64,000 nt of DNA from Macrostomum lignano. Its lineage: Eukaryota. The translations under genes were made by a program, and so were the position numbers. The notes under the pieces are model-generated. The model did no database searches and was not told the origin of the DNA. It worked only from the letters and a program-made list of their open reading frames with translations. Positions within the stretch are counted from its first letter, which is position 1, and every line of letters begins with the position of its first letter. Shown here one piece after another: positions 34,301 to 48,298 of the stretch. The stretch is from assembly GCA_002269645.1 (NCBI GenBank), contig NIVC01001129.1, forward strand, positions 124,001 through 188,000, written 5' to 3'.

Positions 34301-37300
34301 GTGTCTGTTTGTCTTCGTGTGTCTGATGTGTCTGTTTTTCCTCGTGTGTCTCGGTGTGTCTGTTTATCTTCGCGTGTCTGATGTGTCTGTTTGTCTTCGT
34401 GTGTCTCGGTGTGTATGTTTATCTTCGTGTGTCTGATGTGTCTGTTTTTCCTCGTGTGTCTCGGTGTGTCTGTTTGTTTTCGTGTGTCTGATGTGTCTGT
34501 TTGTCTTCGTGTGTCTCGGTGTGTCTGTTTGTCTTCGTGTGTCTCGTTGTCTCTGTTTGTCTTCGTGTGTCTCGGTGTGCATGTTTGTATTCGTGTGTCT
34601 GATGTGTCTGTTTGTCTTCGTGTGTCTGATGTGTCTGTTTGTCTTCGTGTGCCTGATGTGTCTGTTTGTCTTCGTGTGTCTGATGTGTCTGTTTGTCTTC
34701 GTGTGTCTCGATGTGTCTGTTTGTCTTCGTGTGTCTCGGTGTGTCTGTTTGTCTCCGTGTGTCTGATGTCTCTGTTTGTCTTCGGTTGTCTCGGTGTGTC
34801 TGTTTGTCTTCGTGTGTCTGATGTGTCTGTTTGTCTTCGTGTGTCTGATGTGTTTGTTTTTCCTCGTGTGTCTCGGTGTGTCTGTTTGTCTTCGTGTGTC
34901 TTGATGTGTCTGTTTGTCTTAGTGTGTCTGATGTCTCTGTTTGTCTTCGTGTGTCTCGGTGTGTCTGTTTGTCTTCGTGTGTCTGATGTGTCTGTTTGTC
35001 TTAGTGTGTCTGATGTCTCTGTTTGTCTTCGTGTGTCTCGGTGTGTCTGTTTGTCTTCGTGTGTCTCGGTGTGTATGTTTATCTTCGTGTGTCTGATGTG
35101 TCTGTTTGTCTTCGTGTAAATGTTTGCCTTGGTATGTCTGAATTTGTCTGGTTGTCTCGGTGTGTCTGGATGTGTCTGGTTGTCCTAATGTGTCTTGTTG
35201 TCTTGGTATGTCTGTTTGTGTCTGGTTGTCTCTATGTGTCTGGTTGTCTCTATGTGTCTGGTTGTCTCTATGTGCCTGGTTGTCTCTATGTGTCTGGTTG
35301 TCTCTATGTGTCTGGTTGTCTTCGTTGTCTCGGTGTGTCTGTTTGTCTTCGTGTGTCTGATGTGTTTGTTTGTCTTCGTGTGTCTCGGTGTGTCTGTTTG
35401 TCTTCGTGTGTCTCGATGTGTCTGTTTGTCTTCGTGTGTCTCGGTGTGTCTGTTTGTCTTCGTGTGTCTGATTTGTCTGTTTGTCTTCGTGTGTCTCGGT
35501 GTGTCTGATTGTCTTCGTGTGTCTGATGTGTCTGTTTGTCTTCGTGTGTCTCGGTGTGTCTGTTTGTCTTCGTGTGTCTCGGTGTGTCTGTTTGTCTTCG
35601 TGTGTCTGATGTGTCTGTTTGTCTTCGTGTGTCTCGATGTGTCTGTTTGTCTTCGTGTGTCTCGGTGTGCCTGTTTGTCTTCGTGTGTCTCGGTGTGTCT
35701 GTTTGTCTTCGTGTGTCTGATGTGTCTGTTTGTCTTCGTGTGTCTGATGTGTCTGTTTGTCTTCGTGTGTCTCGATGTGTCTGTTTGTCTTCGTGTGTCT
35801 GATGTGTCTTTTTGTCTTCGTGTGTCTGATGTGTCTGTTTGTCTTCGTGTGTCTAATGTCTCTGTTTGTCTTCGTGTGTCTCGGTGTGTCTGTTTATCTT
35901 CGTGTGTCTCGGTGTGTATGTTTGTCTTCGTGTGTCTGATGTGTCTGTTTGTCTTCGGTTGTCTCGGTGTGTCTGTTTGTCTTCGTGTGTCTGATTGTCT
36001 GTTTGTCTTCGTGTGTCTCGGTGTGTCTGTTTGTCTTCGTGTGTCTCGGTGTGTCTGTTTATCTTCGTGTGTCTCGGTGTGCCTGTTTGTCTTCGTGTGC
36101 CTGATGTGTCTGTTTGTCTTCGTGTGTCTCGGTGTGTCTGTTTATCTTCGTGTGTCTCGGTGTGTCTGTTTGTCTTCGTGTGTCTGATGTGTCTGTTTTT
36201 CCTCGTGTGTCTCGGTGTGTCTGTTTATCTTCGCGTGTCTGATGTGTCTGTTTGTCTTCGTGTGTCTCGGTGTGTCTGTTTTTCCTCGTGTGTCTCGGTG
36301 TGTCTGTGTGTCTTCGTGTGTCTCGGTGTGTCTGTTTGTCTTCGTGTGTCTGATGTGTCTGTTTTTCCTCGTGTGTCTCGGTGTGTCTGTTTATCTTCGC
36401 GTGTCTGATGTGTCTGTTTGTCTTCGTGTGTCTCGGTGTGTATGTTTATCTTCGTGTGTCTGATGTGTCTGTTTTTCCTCGTGTGTCTCGGTGTGTCTGT
36501 TTGTTTTCGTGTGTCTGATGTGTCTGTTTGTCTTCGTGTGTCTCGGTGTGTCTGTTTGTCTTCGTGTGTCTCGTTGTCTCTGTTTGTCTTCGTGTGTCTC
36601 GGTGTGCATGTTTGTATTCGTGTGTCTGATGTGTCTGTTTGTCTTCGTGTGTCTGATGTGTCTGTTTGTCTTCGTGTGCCTGATGTGTCTGTTTGTCTTC
36701 GTGTGTCTGATGTGTCTGTTTGTCTTCGTGTGTCTCGATGTGTCTGTTTGTCTTCGTGTGTCTCGGTGTGTCTGTTTGTCTCCGTGTGTCTGATGTCTCT
36801 GTTTGTCTTCGGTTGTCTCGGTGTGTCTGTTTGTCTTCGTGTGTCTGATGTGTCTGTTTGTCTTCGTGTGTCTGATGTGTTTGTTTTTCCTCGTGTGTCT
36901 CGGTGTGTCTGTTTGTCTTCGTGTGTCTGATGTGTCTTTTTGTCTTCGTGTGTCTCGGTGTGTCTGTTTGTCTTCGTGTGTCTCGGTGTGTCTGTTTATC
37001 TTCGTGTGTCTCGATGTGTCTGTTTGTCTTCGTGTGTCTTGATGTGTCTGTTTGTCTTAGTGTGTCTGATGTCTCTGTTTGTCTTCGTGTGTCTCGGTGT
37101 GTCTGTTTGTCTTCGTGTGTCTGATGTGTCTGTTTGTCTTAGTGTGTCTGATGTCTCTGTTTGTCTTCGTGTGTCTCGGTGTGTCTGTTTGTCTTCGTGT
37201 GTCTCGGTGTGTATGTTTATCTTCGTGTGTCTGATGTGTCTGTTTGTCTTCGTGTAAATGTTTGCCTTGGTATGTCTGAATTTGTCTGGTTGTCTCGGTG

Positions 37301-39679
37301 TGTCTGGATGTGTCTGGTTGTCCTAATGTGTCTTGTTGTCTTGGTATGTCTGTTTGTGTCTGGTTGTCTCTATGTGTCTGGTTGTCTCTATGTGTCTGGT
37401 TGTCTCTATGTGCCTGGTTGTCTCTATGTGTCTGGTTGTCTCTATGTGTCTGGTTGTCTTCGGTTGTCTCGGTGTGTCTGTTTGTCTTCGTGTGTCTGAT
37501 GTGTTTGTTTGTCTTCGTGTGTCTCGGTGTGTCTGTTTGTCTTCGTGTGTCTCGATGTGTCTGTTTGTCTTCGTGTGTCTCGGTGTGTCTGTTTGTCTTC
37601 GTGTGTCTGATTTGTCTGTTTGTCTTCGTGTGTCTCGGTGTGTCTGATTGTCTTCGTGTGTCTGATGTGTCTGTTTGTCTTCGTGTGTCTCGGTGTGTCT
37701 GTTTGTCTTCGTGTGTCTCGGTGTGTCTGTTTGTCTTCGTGTGTCTGATGTGTCTGTTTGTCTTCGTGTGTCTCGATGTGTCTGTTTATCTTCGTGTGTC
37801 TCGGTGTGCCTGTTTGTCTTCGTGTGTCTCGGTGTGTCTGTTTGTCTTCGTGTGTCTGATGTGTCTGTTTGTCTTCGTGTGTCTGATGTGTCTGTTTGTC
37901 TTCGTGTGTCTCGATGTGTCTGTTTGTCTTCGTGTGTCTGATGTGTCTTTTTGTCTTCGTGTGTCTGATGTGTCTGTTTGTCTTCGTGTGTCTAATGTCT
38001 CTGTTTGTCTTCGTGTGTCTCGGTGTGTCTGTTTATCTTCGTGTGTCTCGGTGTGTATGTTTGTCTTCGTGTGTCTGATGTGTCTGTTTGTCTTCGGTTG
38101 TCTCGGTGTGTCTGTTTGTCTTCGTGTGTCTGATTTGTCTGTTTGTCTTCGTGTGTCTCGGTGTGTCTGATTGTCTTCGTGTGTCTGATGTGTCTGTTTG
38201 TCTTCGTGTGTCTCGATGTGTCTGTTTGTCTTCGTGTGTCTGATGTGTCTGTTTTTCCTCGTGTGTCTCGGTGTGTCTGTTTGTCTTCGTGTGTCTCGAT
38301 GTGTCTTTTTGTCTTCGTGTGTCTCGGTGTGTCTGTTTGTCTTCGTGTGTCTCGGTGTGTCTGTTTGTCTTCGTGTGTCTCGGTGTGTCTGGTTATCTTC
38401 GTGTGTCTCGATGTGTCTGTTTGTCTTCGTGTGTCTGATGTGTCTGTTTGTCTTAGTGTGTCTGATGTCTCTGTTTGTCTTCGTGTGTCTCGGTGTGTCT
38501 GTTTGTCTTCGTGTGTCTCGGTGTGTCTGTTTGTCTTCGTGTGTCTGATGTGTCTGTTTGTCTTCGTGTGTCTCGATGTGTCTGTTTGTCTTCGTGTGTC
38601 TGATGTGTCTGTTTTTCCTCGTGTGTCTCGGTGTGTCTGTTTGTCTTCGTGTGTCTGATGTGTCTTTTTGTCTTCGTGTGTCTCGGTGTGTCTGTTTGTC
38701 TTCGTGTGTCTCGGTGTGTCTGTTTGTCTTCGTGTGTCTCGGTGTGTCTGGTTATCTTCGTGTGTCTCGATGTGTCTGTTTGTCTTCGTGTGTCTGATGT
38801 GTCTGTTTGTCTTAGTGTGTCTGATGTCTCTGTTTGTCTTCGTGTGTCTCGGTGTGTCTGTTTGTCTTCGTGTGTCTCGGTGTGTCTGTTTGTCTTCGTG
38901 TGTCTCGATGTGTCTGTTTGTCTTCGTGTGTCTGATGTGTCTGTTTGTCTTAGTGTGTCTGATGTCTCTGTTTGTCTTCGTGTGTCTCGGTGTGTCTGTT
39001 TGTCTTCGTGTGTCTCGGTGTGTCTGTTTATCTTCGTGTGTCTGATGTGTCTGTTTGTCTTCGTGTGTCTGATGTCTCTGTTTGTCTTCGTGTGTCTGAT
39101 GTGTCTGTTTGTCTTCGTGTAAATGTTTGCCTTGGTGTGTCTGAATTTGTCTGGTTGTCTCGGTGTGTCTGGATGTGTCTGGTTGTCTCTATGTGCCTGG
39201 TTGTCTCTATGTGTCTGGTTGTCTCTATGTGTCTGGTTGTCTCTATGTGCCTGGTTGTCTCTATGTGTCTGGATGTGTCTAGTTGTTTCGGTGTGTCTGG
39301 ATGTGTCTAGTTGTCTCGGTGTGTCTGGTGTGTCTTGGTTGCTTTGGTGTATCTGAATGTACACCTGGCTGTGTGTATATGGATGTGTCTGAGTCTGAGT
39401 TTGTTTTGGCGCGTCCATTGTGGCTGGATGGGCATCTTGGTGTGCCCGGGTATGTAGGTTATCAGTGTTCCTGTACCAGCCTTTATAGCTAGCCTGTTTT
39501 AAGTCTTCTTCTATGCATAAGAGAATCAAATTGAATCTTTTTACAGCTTTTATACAGCTGTCCATAGTCTTAGTCGTTTATCAAGAGTGTGTACCGGTAT
39601 AGTGATTGAGTTGATGCTCACCAAACGGCAATATGGCGGTAATTGCAAGGCAGAGCAAAGCAAATTGTTGTAGATACAT
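28302..39679 (-). CDS. Secreted F-type lectin (fucolectin/FTP) domain + PAN/apple-like protein, paralog A (~274 aa, 4 exons)
   Basis: Exons 39679-39622 (signal peptide [20 protein letters not shown]|gtgagc), 30301-30041, 28885-28670 and 28591-28302, all phase 1. FTP motifs NDGN, PWWLVDM, VWNRID, FTC...GRYLAVYK...[11 protein letters not shown]-like [17 protein letters not shown]...CWLF. Exon 1 is inferred across a 9.3-kb intron. Confidence 0.85.
28945..30008. repeat. 19-bp minisatellite (ccagtgtgaccagtgttat, then cagggtgattcagtgtgac variants)
   Basis: Fills intron 2 of lectin A; homogeneous in 28960-29440, diverged beyond. Confidence 0.96.
30350..39420. repeat. ~9-kb GT-rich satellite, 27/28-bp monomers with a ~3.34-kb higher-order repeat
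   Basis: Monomers gtgtgtctcggtgtgtctgtttgtcttc / gtgtgtctgatgtgtctgtttgtcttc. Identical marker ORFs at 31023, 33052, 34364, 36391, and a marker segment at ~31777, 33917, 35118, 37256, 39121. Confidence 0.95.
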
Positions 39680-40134
39680 TTGCCTCTAGTAGGAGTTCCG
39701 TATTGCTGCGCTTTTTCCTTCAGACAGGAGGAATCTCGAAAAGTATCAAAACAACTACTAGTATTAAGCACTTGCATAGGCTTTATATGCCGATATTTGA
39801 ATCGTATTTATACACGAAAACAGGCAACGAGAAACAATTCGCCTAAGCAGTGCCAATCTCGCCTGATGCAAACCAACCAGACAATGAAATGGCCATGCGG
39901 TGCTTTCCCACATCCATCAGACCACCACCAGAGAGGCTGGCTTTGAGAACAATGGAAATCTTTATTTCTAAACTGATTGACTTGAAAAACTTAATTGTCT
40001 AGGATGTTAAAAGCGTTCAGCAGTTTTTGATTGTCTGCTTCATGAACTGAAAGCTTTACATGTTCCATCTTCACCTACCATTGATTTGCAACTGCTTTAC
40101 AATGCTATCTCTCTGTCTATATTTGCCTCAATAT

Positions 40135-40412
<278 letters not shown>

Positions 40413-41025
40413 AAATTTTAAACTCATCGGTGGAATGTCAGATGTCAAGGCTCATTGGGGGAATCGCTTAGATGTCATGGCTTACTGAGGGAATTGCTGA
40501 GATGTCAAGGCTTACTGAGGGAATTGCTGAGATGTCAAGGCCATATGGGGGATGGCTGAATTGTTGGGCGGTTATTGTGCGATTGTCAGATAGCCAAGTA
40601 GTAGGGCTCAAGTAGCTCATTTAATTCACATAATGAAAGAGTACACGTAAGTGATGCTGATTTCTGCTAAAAGAAAATACCTGCGTATTTATTAAAGGTT
40701 TTATTCTTTGAGCTAGGCGAATAAAGAGGGGTCTAAGGCCGTCAGGGATTGGCAGAATGAGCTCCTCCTGCGGACCAGAATAAACCTAGGCCAATGACGA
40801 TACGCACTAAGAGTTTTTGCTTGAAAAGATGAGCACTATTTGCTAATTGAGAAAGGGAAAGAAAAAGGAGAAAGGGTAGACAAGCGCTGAACTGCTAAAA
40901 AGCCACCCGGAGGGGGGTTAAATGGCTAGTCTAATCTTCTAATCTTCTAATCTAAATATACTAAATCCAAATATACTAAATCTCTAAGATCTGTCTGTCC
41001 GTCCACCTATACTAAATCTCTAAGA

Positions 41026-41067
<42 letters not shown>

Positions 41068-43974
41068 CATCTGAAACGCTTTAGAGATTGCAATTCTTGA
41101 CCAATTTTGATCGCTTTTTCGCCAAAAGATTTGTAATTATCTGGAAAGAAGACAGTTAAAATTTCTTGTATCTGCTTCAATGCAAAAGGGATTCAATATT
41201 CGAAAAACATGCTTTTTTGCAAAGGTCAAGCAGCTCTTTCGACTTGAAATGCATTGTAAGAATGCTAGAGAAAAAACTGACTGGCTGAATTCTGATCCTG
41301 ATAAAGATTGTTGCATCACAACAAGTTGAAAACACTGTGCCAAGTTAAAAGACAGAAATTTTGTAACCATATTGCTAACTTTAATTGAGACTGATGCTGA
41401 CTGCTTGAGTATTTGATTATGTCATAGCTGCTTCGTGTGACTTTCACTGAAAGAGAATTTGTGTTAGTACTCGTGTAACGTTCTAGAGATCGAACCGATT
41501 GACCAATTTTAATCGCGTTTTCGCCAAAAGATTTGTAATTATCTGGAAAGAAGACAGTTAAAATTTCTGCAATCGGCTTTAATTCGAAAGGTATTAAATA
41601 TTCGAAAAACGAGTTTTCCCTATGCTTTTAATGGGAGGGCAAACTAGGTTGAATTCTTGACTGGCTGAATTCCAATTCCAATTATGATTGCGCCATAACT
41701 TTTCTCTCTCCACTGTGTAAGCTTCAATACTGGCTGCAGTGTGCAAGGAGAAAAAATGCTTAGTGACCCTGGCTCTGACTATAATTGCTATTTATAGATT
41801 TCACTCAATCAACTGTGCATTGGCTCCGCCTGTACGCCTACACACTGAGCAGCCTATCACTGCTATGTATTTTAACTGCAGTTCTGAAGCATATATGGCT
41901 GATTTTGTTGTCCTCCCATCAATAGGCGGAGTAGCCGCACTGTAGGCACTTAGGACTAGGTTTAGGCTAGGCGTAAGGTCCAAGGTTCGAGTCTGCCTCC
42001 CCGGCGGATAATTAAAATTAAGATAATTCAATAATTTATAGCTTATGCCTCGACTAATTGGAACATTTTTTGATTAATTACAATTGAAACATCATTTATT
42101 AATTCGCAATTCATTTTTTGCTGCTCGGCACAAGCCACTAATCAAATTTGATTTGTTAAAACTGCTTCGAGTATAACTGATCCCATCAATGGGTATTGTC
42201 TAGCTCCATAAAAGTACGAAATTACTAAACTGCAGACAATGCTGCTAAATTGCTTAAAGGTATTGCTAAATGCTGAGCTTTTCAAGACTGCCGATATGTA
42301 TCGAAAATGGATTAGTGAGCCGTAGAATGCTGAGCAAATTGCAGTTTTCTGAGGGGTCTGAGGTGCCGGCCAGAGAAGAACTGCAGATTGTGAATTAGTT
42401 CCTCCAGACTTAAATCTAATTTATAGATTTTACTTAACTTCGCATTGACTCTGCCTGCATACAACCCGTGCACTAAGCAGCCTATCACTGCTGTGTATTT
42501 GACTGCAGTACCAAAGCATATATGGCTGATTTTGTCGCCCTCCGATCAATAGGCGGAGTAGCCGCACTGTAGGCACTAGGACCAGTTTTAGGATAGGCGT
42601 AAGGTCCCAGGTTAGAGTCTGCCTCGCAGCGGACAATTAAAATTGAACTAATTATTTCATTTTAGCTTGTGCTTCGACTAATTGGAACTTTTATGCTTAA
42701 TTAACAAGGCACACTAAATGAACTACATGTATTTTTGCTATTTAGCACAAGTCTCTAAGCAAAGTTGATTTGTAAAAACTGCTTCGAGTACATTTATTAC
42801 GGGCGTACTGATCCCATCAATGGGTATATGGCATAGTACCATGAAAGTATGAAATTGCTAAACTCCAGACGATTCTGAAAAAACTGCTCACGGTATTGCA
42901 AAATGCTGAGTTTTGCAAGACTGCCGATATGTATCGAAAATTTATTAGTGAGCCGTAAAATGCTGAGCAAATTGCAGTTTCCTGAGGAGCTGAGGAGCCG
43001 GCTGAGAGAAGAACTGCAGGCTGCTGAGAGGATGACTGAAAATTGTTAATTGAACACTTGTAGACTGCAAATGGAATGACTGCAGACTGCTTAGGGGAAC
43101 TGCAGATTGTCGAAGGGATCATTGCAGATTGCAAAGGGGAAACATCTGCAAACTGCTGAGGTAGTTCCTCCAGACGTATGCGCGTATAGCTGCAGACTGC
43201 TGAGAGGGAAAAACTGCGGACTAATTAGAGGATAATGGCAGACTTCTGAGGGTAATAACTAACTATTGAGTTTTGAGTGCAGATATTAACTGTGGAAGAT
43301 TAAGTACAAGTTGTTGAGGGGATTATCGCGGGCTGCTAAGTGAAATATTTTTTGCTGAGGGGACAATTCTATGAGCTGAGGGTATACATGCTTAATTTTA
43401 ATAAAAGTTGTAGAATGCAAAGTGGATGATAAATGCCGGCTGCTAAGAAATAACTGCAGTCTTTTTGCGAGATTCGATGCAGGGATAATTTCAGGTTATT
43501 GTGGGTATAAATGCGGGGTTAACTTCAAACGGCTGAAGTTGTTAAACTAGATTATTTCGACCACATGTCAATAGGCACAACAGCCGCAGTAGGCAGGCAG
43601 TATCCGGCAGAAGCTAAGCAGAATGCTTTGATGTCAGCAGTTCGAGCCTGCATTGAAGCAGCGAATTTATCTTTGTGACCTGTGACAATAATGATTGTAT
43701 CCTATGCAGATTCATGGAGATGTTAAACACTTAAATTTAAAGATACTTTTGCTGGGGGGGGCTGCGTTAGTCTTCTAGAGCAGTGCTAATCTGCTGTAAG
43801 TGCTAATTTGCAAAGAGTCTAATCTAAGGGGCTAATCTGACGTACAATGAAGTAATAAATATGTAAGAGGATTGCAAATCAAATTTAAACTGCAAGTGGC
43901 AAACATTTCAAATGGTTTCGATTATTGAGAAGCATATGGAGATCAGTGGCCATCTGCTCCCAGATTTTGCGGAA

Positions 43975-44150
43975 CAGTGCCGGTGAACCATTGCTAAACT
44001 GCTGGTGAAGCATTGCTGAACTGCTGGTGAACCATTGCTGAACTGCTGGTGAAGCATTGCTGAACTGCTGGTGAAGCATTGCTGAACTGCTGGTGAAGCA
44101 TTGCTAAACTGCTGGTGAAGCATTGCTGAACTGCTGGTGAAGCATTGCTT
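43975..44150 (+). repeat. 22-bp minisatellite (ctgctggtgaagcattgctgaa)
   Basis: ~8 copies. Confidence 0.93.
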
Positions 44151-46934
44151 AAGTTGTGGTGAAATATTGTATTTTTTTAAATAAATGCTTCTTTTAAAGA
44201 GAAGAAAGCGCAATGCAAGAAAAAGCAAAAAAGAATCACCATGTCAATCATAAAAGAGGCGCACTGTCGAACATAAAAGACTCATTGGGAATTTTTAAGA
44301 CTGCTATGACTATTGCTACGAGCGTAAGGCTGGTATGGGAAATTGCTGTGATATCAAGACTCATGGGAGAATTTCTAAGATCTCAAGGCTCAGGGAATTG
44401 CTACAATGATGTGATTCTGGGGAAAATTGCTTTGATTTGAAGGTTTATTTGGGAAATTGCTGAGGTATCAAGGCTTAGTAACAATGCTTTGCGGTCAAGG
44501 CTCATGGAGATAATTACTGGAATGCTGTGGCTGTTGGGGGAATTGCCGACATTGTTAGGGTAAGAGTAAGGCGTAAACCGTAAATGAATTGGCCTGTCAA
44601 ACATAAAAAACTCATCGAGGAATGTCAAAGCTCATGGGGGTATCTGAATTATACTGTAGCTCAATGCTCAGGGGAATTGTTGTGATTGCAACACTTAGGA
44701 TTATTTGGGAACTTTTGTGGCTAAAAATGAGTTGCTGAGATATCAAGGCTCATTGGGGAATCGCTGAGATGTCAAAGCTTACGGGGGATCCCTGTAATGC
44801 TGTGGGCTGTGACTCTTGGTATTGCTAAGATGCCAAGGTTCACAGGGGAATGGCTGAGATTTCAAAGGCTCCTAAAGGGAATAGCTGAAATTCACGAAAT
44901 GTCAAGGTTCATTGGGTAATTGTTGAAATGCTGTGGTTCATAGTGGGAAAAGCTGAAATGCTGTGACTTGGCAGGGTTAGGGTTCAATCATCGTTTCGTG
45001 TGAAAGTGCCAAGATATCAAAAGGTTAGTCCCTCAATTTTCTGGCTCATGGGAAATTGCTAAGATTTCAAAAGCTCATTGGGGAATTTCTGAAATTCTTG
45101 GGCTGAGAGGGAGTTGCTGAAATGCTGTGACTCGGCTGCAGGTAAAGGGTTATGGTTTGGGTTCAATTATAGAGCGATCGTCGTGTCAATCATAAATGAT
45201 TCATCAAGGAATTGCTAAGATTAAAGTCTTGGGGCGAATTACTTAAATGCTTTGGCTCTTCGATAATTGCTGACAGGTCAAGGCTTTCGGTGAAATTTAG
45301 ATTTCAAAGCTTATGAGGAAGTTACTTTAATGCTGAGGTTCAAGGCTCATGAGGGGGAATAGCTAACATGCCTAGACTCACTTATGGGTTAGGGCTAGGG
45401 GCTTAGGGTCAGTTTTGGTTCAATCATAGATTAACCGCTGTCAACCATCAATTAAAGAGTTGCTAAGATGAGAATTGCTATATTGCTTGATATCGTAAGA
45501 TATCAAGGCTCATGTGCGGAATCGCTGAGTTGACAAGGATCATGAAGAAATTGCTGAGATATCAAGGCTCATAAAGGTATTGCTGAATTCTTGGGGGAGG
45601 GGAGTTGGGTTGTTGAGATGTCAAGGCTTACTGGGCTGGGAGAATTGCGGAGATGTCAAGGCTCGAGTTTAATTGCTGCGATGTCGATCTTAATGAGGGA
45701 ATTTCTGAGATTTCAAGGCCTACTGGGTAATTGCTGAGATATCAAGGCTCATGGGGGATGGCTGAATTGTTGGGGGAAGGGGGTTAGGTTGTTGAGCGAT
45801 TGTCAGATCGTCAAGTAGGACGGCTCAAGTAGCTCATTTAATTCAGATAATGAGTGATGCAAACACACAAGTGATGCTGATTTTTGCTAATAGGAAATAT
45901 CAGCGTATTTATTAAAGGTTTGGTTCTCCGAGTTAGGCTAATAAAGAGGGGTCTAACTCTAAGGCCGTCAGGGATTTACACATTGAGCTCCTGCTGCGGA
46001 CCAGAATATGCCCAGGCCAATGACGATATGCACTAAGAGTTTGATTGAGAAAGGGTTTTAGGCTGATGTCGGAAACTTTTTTGGCTGGTGAAAGTTTTGA
46101 TTCATGGCAATTTATCTTTGCCAAAAATCAGAAAAAGTAATTTTTGATCAATGGAAATCAACATTTTGGATAATTAGTAAGGTTATATACTCTTGGGCCA
46201 AAATAAAAACCACTTTCATTTTAAATGCTGGGGTGTCATTTTTAAGGCCACCCAGCGGGGGGCTAAATGGCTAGTCTAAATATACTAAATCTTTAAGGTT
46301 TTTATGATTGTTAGTCTGTTTTTTTGTTTGTCTGTCTGTCTGTAACACTCTAGAGATTGAACCGATTGACCAATTTTGATCGCGTTTTCGCCAAACGATT
46401 TTTAATTATCTGGAAAGAAGACAGTCAAAATTTCTTGTATCTGCTTCAAAGCTAAAGGTATTAAATATTCAAAAAGCGAGTTTTCATAATGCTTTTAATG
46501 GGAAGCCAAACAAGGTTGAATTCTTGACTGGCTGAATTTCAATTTCAATTCCAATAATGATTGCATCATAACTGGGTACTGAATATTCTCGTTATAAACT
46601 GACTAAACTGAAGGCAGTGTGCCAAGCATTGCGCATGCACTCTGGAGCGAGAGAAATCAGCCAGTGCATTTTAAAAGTATTTTAACTATTGATGGTGTAC
46701 AATATTGTATTTTGTAAATTTATAGTCCTTACATCTGTTTATAATTTTCGCTATATGGAACGAAAGCATTTCGCTCTACAGACTGAATGCCTGAAGGGCC
46801 ATTGGAGGGGCAGAGTGCAGTGCTGGCTGGGTGCAAAGGTGAGAAAAATAATCAGTGGTCGCGTGAATACATTCAGGTCATGTGAACCTGTCTGACTGGT
46901 AGTGACTCAGCTAACTAATTAATATGATGAGCAC

Positions 46935-47390
46935 GAGATTTTCCCGCCGAGCTTTTCCCGCCGAGATTTACTCGCAGTGAATTTTGCCCGCGAGCGAATT
47001 GCACGCCGAGTTTTTTCCCGCCGAGGTTTGCCCGCAATGCTTTTCCTGCAGCGCATTTAGCCACGCGGCAGATTTTGTCTGCATTGCCTCCCCAATGCTT
47101 AATAAGTCTTAATAAAGAGATTTACCCGATTCTTGTAGGTATTCAGTTCTAGATACATACAGGGGTACATCGGTGAGCTATTAATTCATGTATATGCCGT
47201 GTCGCTTTCTCCCCTAAATCTCTTTATTAAAACTTACGCGGTACTAAGCATTGGGGGGGAGGCAATGCAGACAGAATCTAGCTGCCATAAATGCACTGCA
47301 GGAAAAAAGCACTACGGGCAAACCTCGGCGGGAAATAAACTCGGCGGGCAGTTCGCTCGCGGGCAATTCGTCTGTGGGCAATTGTCATGG
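46935..47390. mobile_element. Foldback/MITE-like element with ~170-bp inverted arms
   Basis: gtctgcattgcctccccaatgctta / taagcattggggggaggcaatgcagac; ttaataaagagattta / taaatctctttattaa; sub-repeats cccgccgag and tgcccgcgag. Confidence 0.85.
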
Positions 47391-47757
47391 ACTCATTAAT
47401 GTTCCTCTGCCTTGACTGTACGTTGCAATCAAATTTTAGCACTATGGGCGTATTTTACTGACTGCTCGTGACTGCCCGACCAAGTGCCCATTAAATTAAA
47501 AATAATAGTAAGCCCGTATAAAGGCTTTTCTTTAATAGTAGCCCCGTTGTAGGCAGATGAAGCAGGCTAAGCAGAAGATTGACAGTTCGAGTTTGCATTA
47601 AAGCAGAGAATTGATCTCTGTAACCTGTGACAATAGTAATTATCTCCCATGCAGATTCATGCGGATTTTTTATTTCAATTTAAATATTTTTTCAGGGACT
47701 GTGTTAATTTTCTAGAGCAGTGCCAATCTGCTGTAAGTGCTAGTTTGCAAAGAGTAT

Positions 47758-48298
47758 TATTAATCTGGGGGAGCAGTACTAATCTGGGGGAGCAGTGCTA
47801 ATCTGGGGGAGCAGTGCTAATCTGGGGAGCAGTGCTAATCTGGGGGTGGCAGTGCTAATCTGGGAGGGGGCAGTGCTAATCTGGGAGGGGGCAGTGCTAA
47901 TCTGGGGGAGCAGTACTAATCTGGGGGAGCAGTGCTAATCTGGGGAAGCAGTGCTAATCTGGGGGAGCAGTGCTAATCTGGGGGGTGGCAGTGCTAATCT
48001 GGGAGGGGGCAGTGCTAATCTGGGAGTGGGCAGTGCTAATCTGGGGGAGCAGTACTAATCTGGGGGGTGGCAGTGCTAATCTGGGAGGGGGCAGTGCTAA
48101 CCTAGGGGAGCAGCGCTAATCTGGGGGGCAGTGCTAATCTGGGGGAGCAGTGCTAATCTGGGGGTGGCAGTGCTAATCTGGGAGGGGGCAGTGCTAACCT
48201 AGGGGAGCAGCGCTAATCTGGGGGCAGTGCTAATCTGGGGGAGCAGTGCTAATCTGGGAGGGGGCAGTGCTAATTTGGGGGAGCTGTGCTAATCTGAC
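47758..48298 (+). repeat. 19-21-bp minisatellite (gcagtgctaatctggggga)
   Basis: Direct reading. Confidence 0.93.

Noticed and set aside
30350-39565. Dozens of C/V/L/S-rich and T/H/R-rich ORFs up to 416 aa
   Set aside because: They are translations of a stop-poor satellite lying inside an intron.
41815-41900. CTCCGCCTGTA...CTGCAGTTCTGAAGC reminiscent of flatworm twister ribozymes
   Set aside because: No P4 stem around the loop and the GUCCCAAGC consensus is absent.
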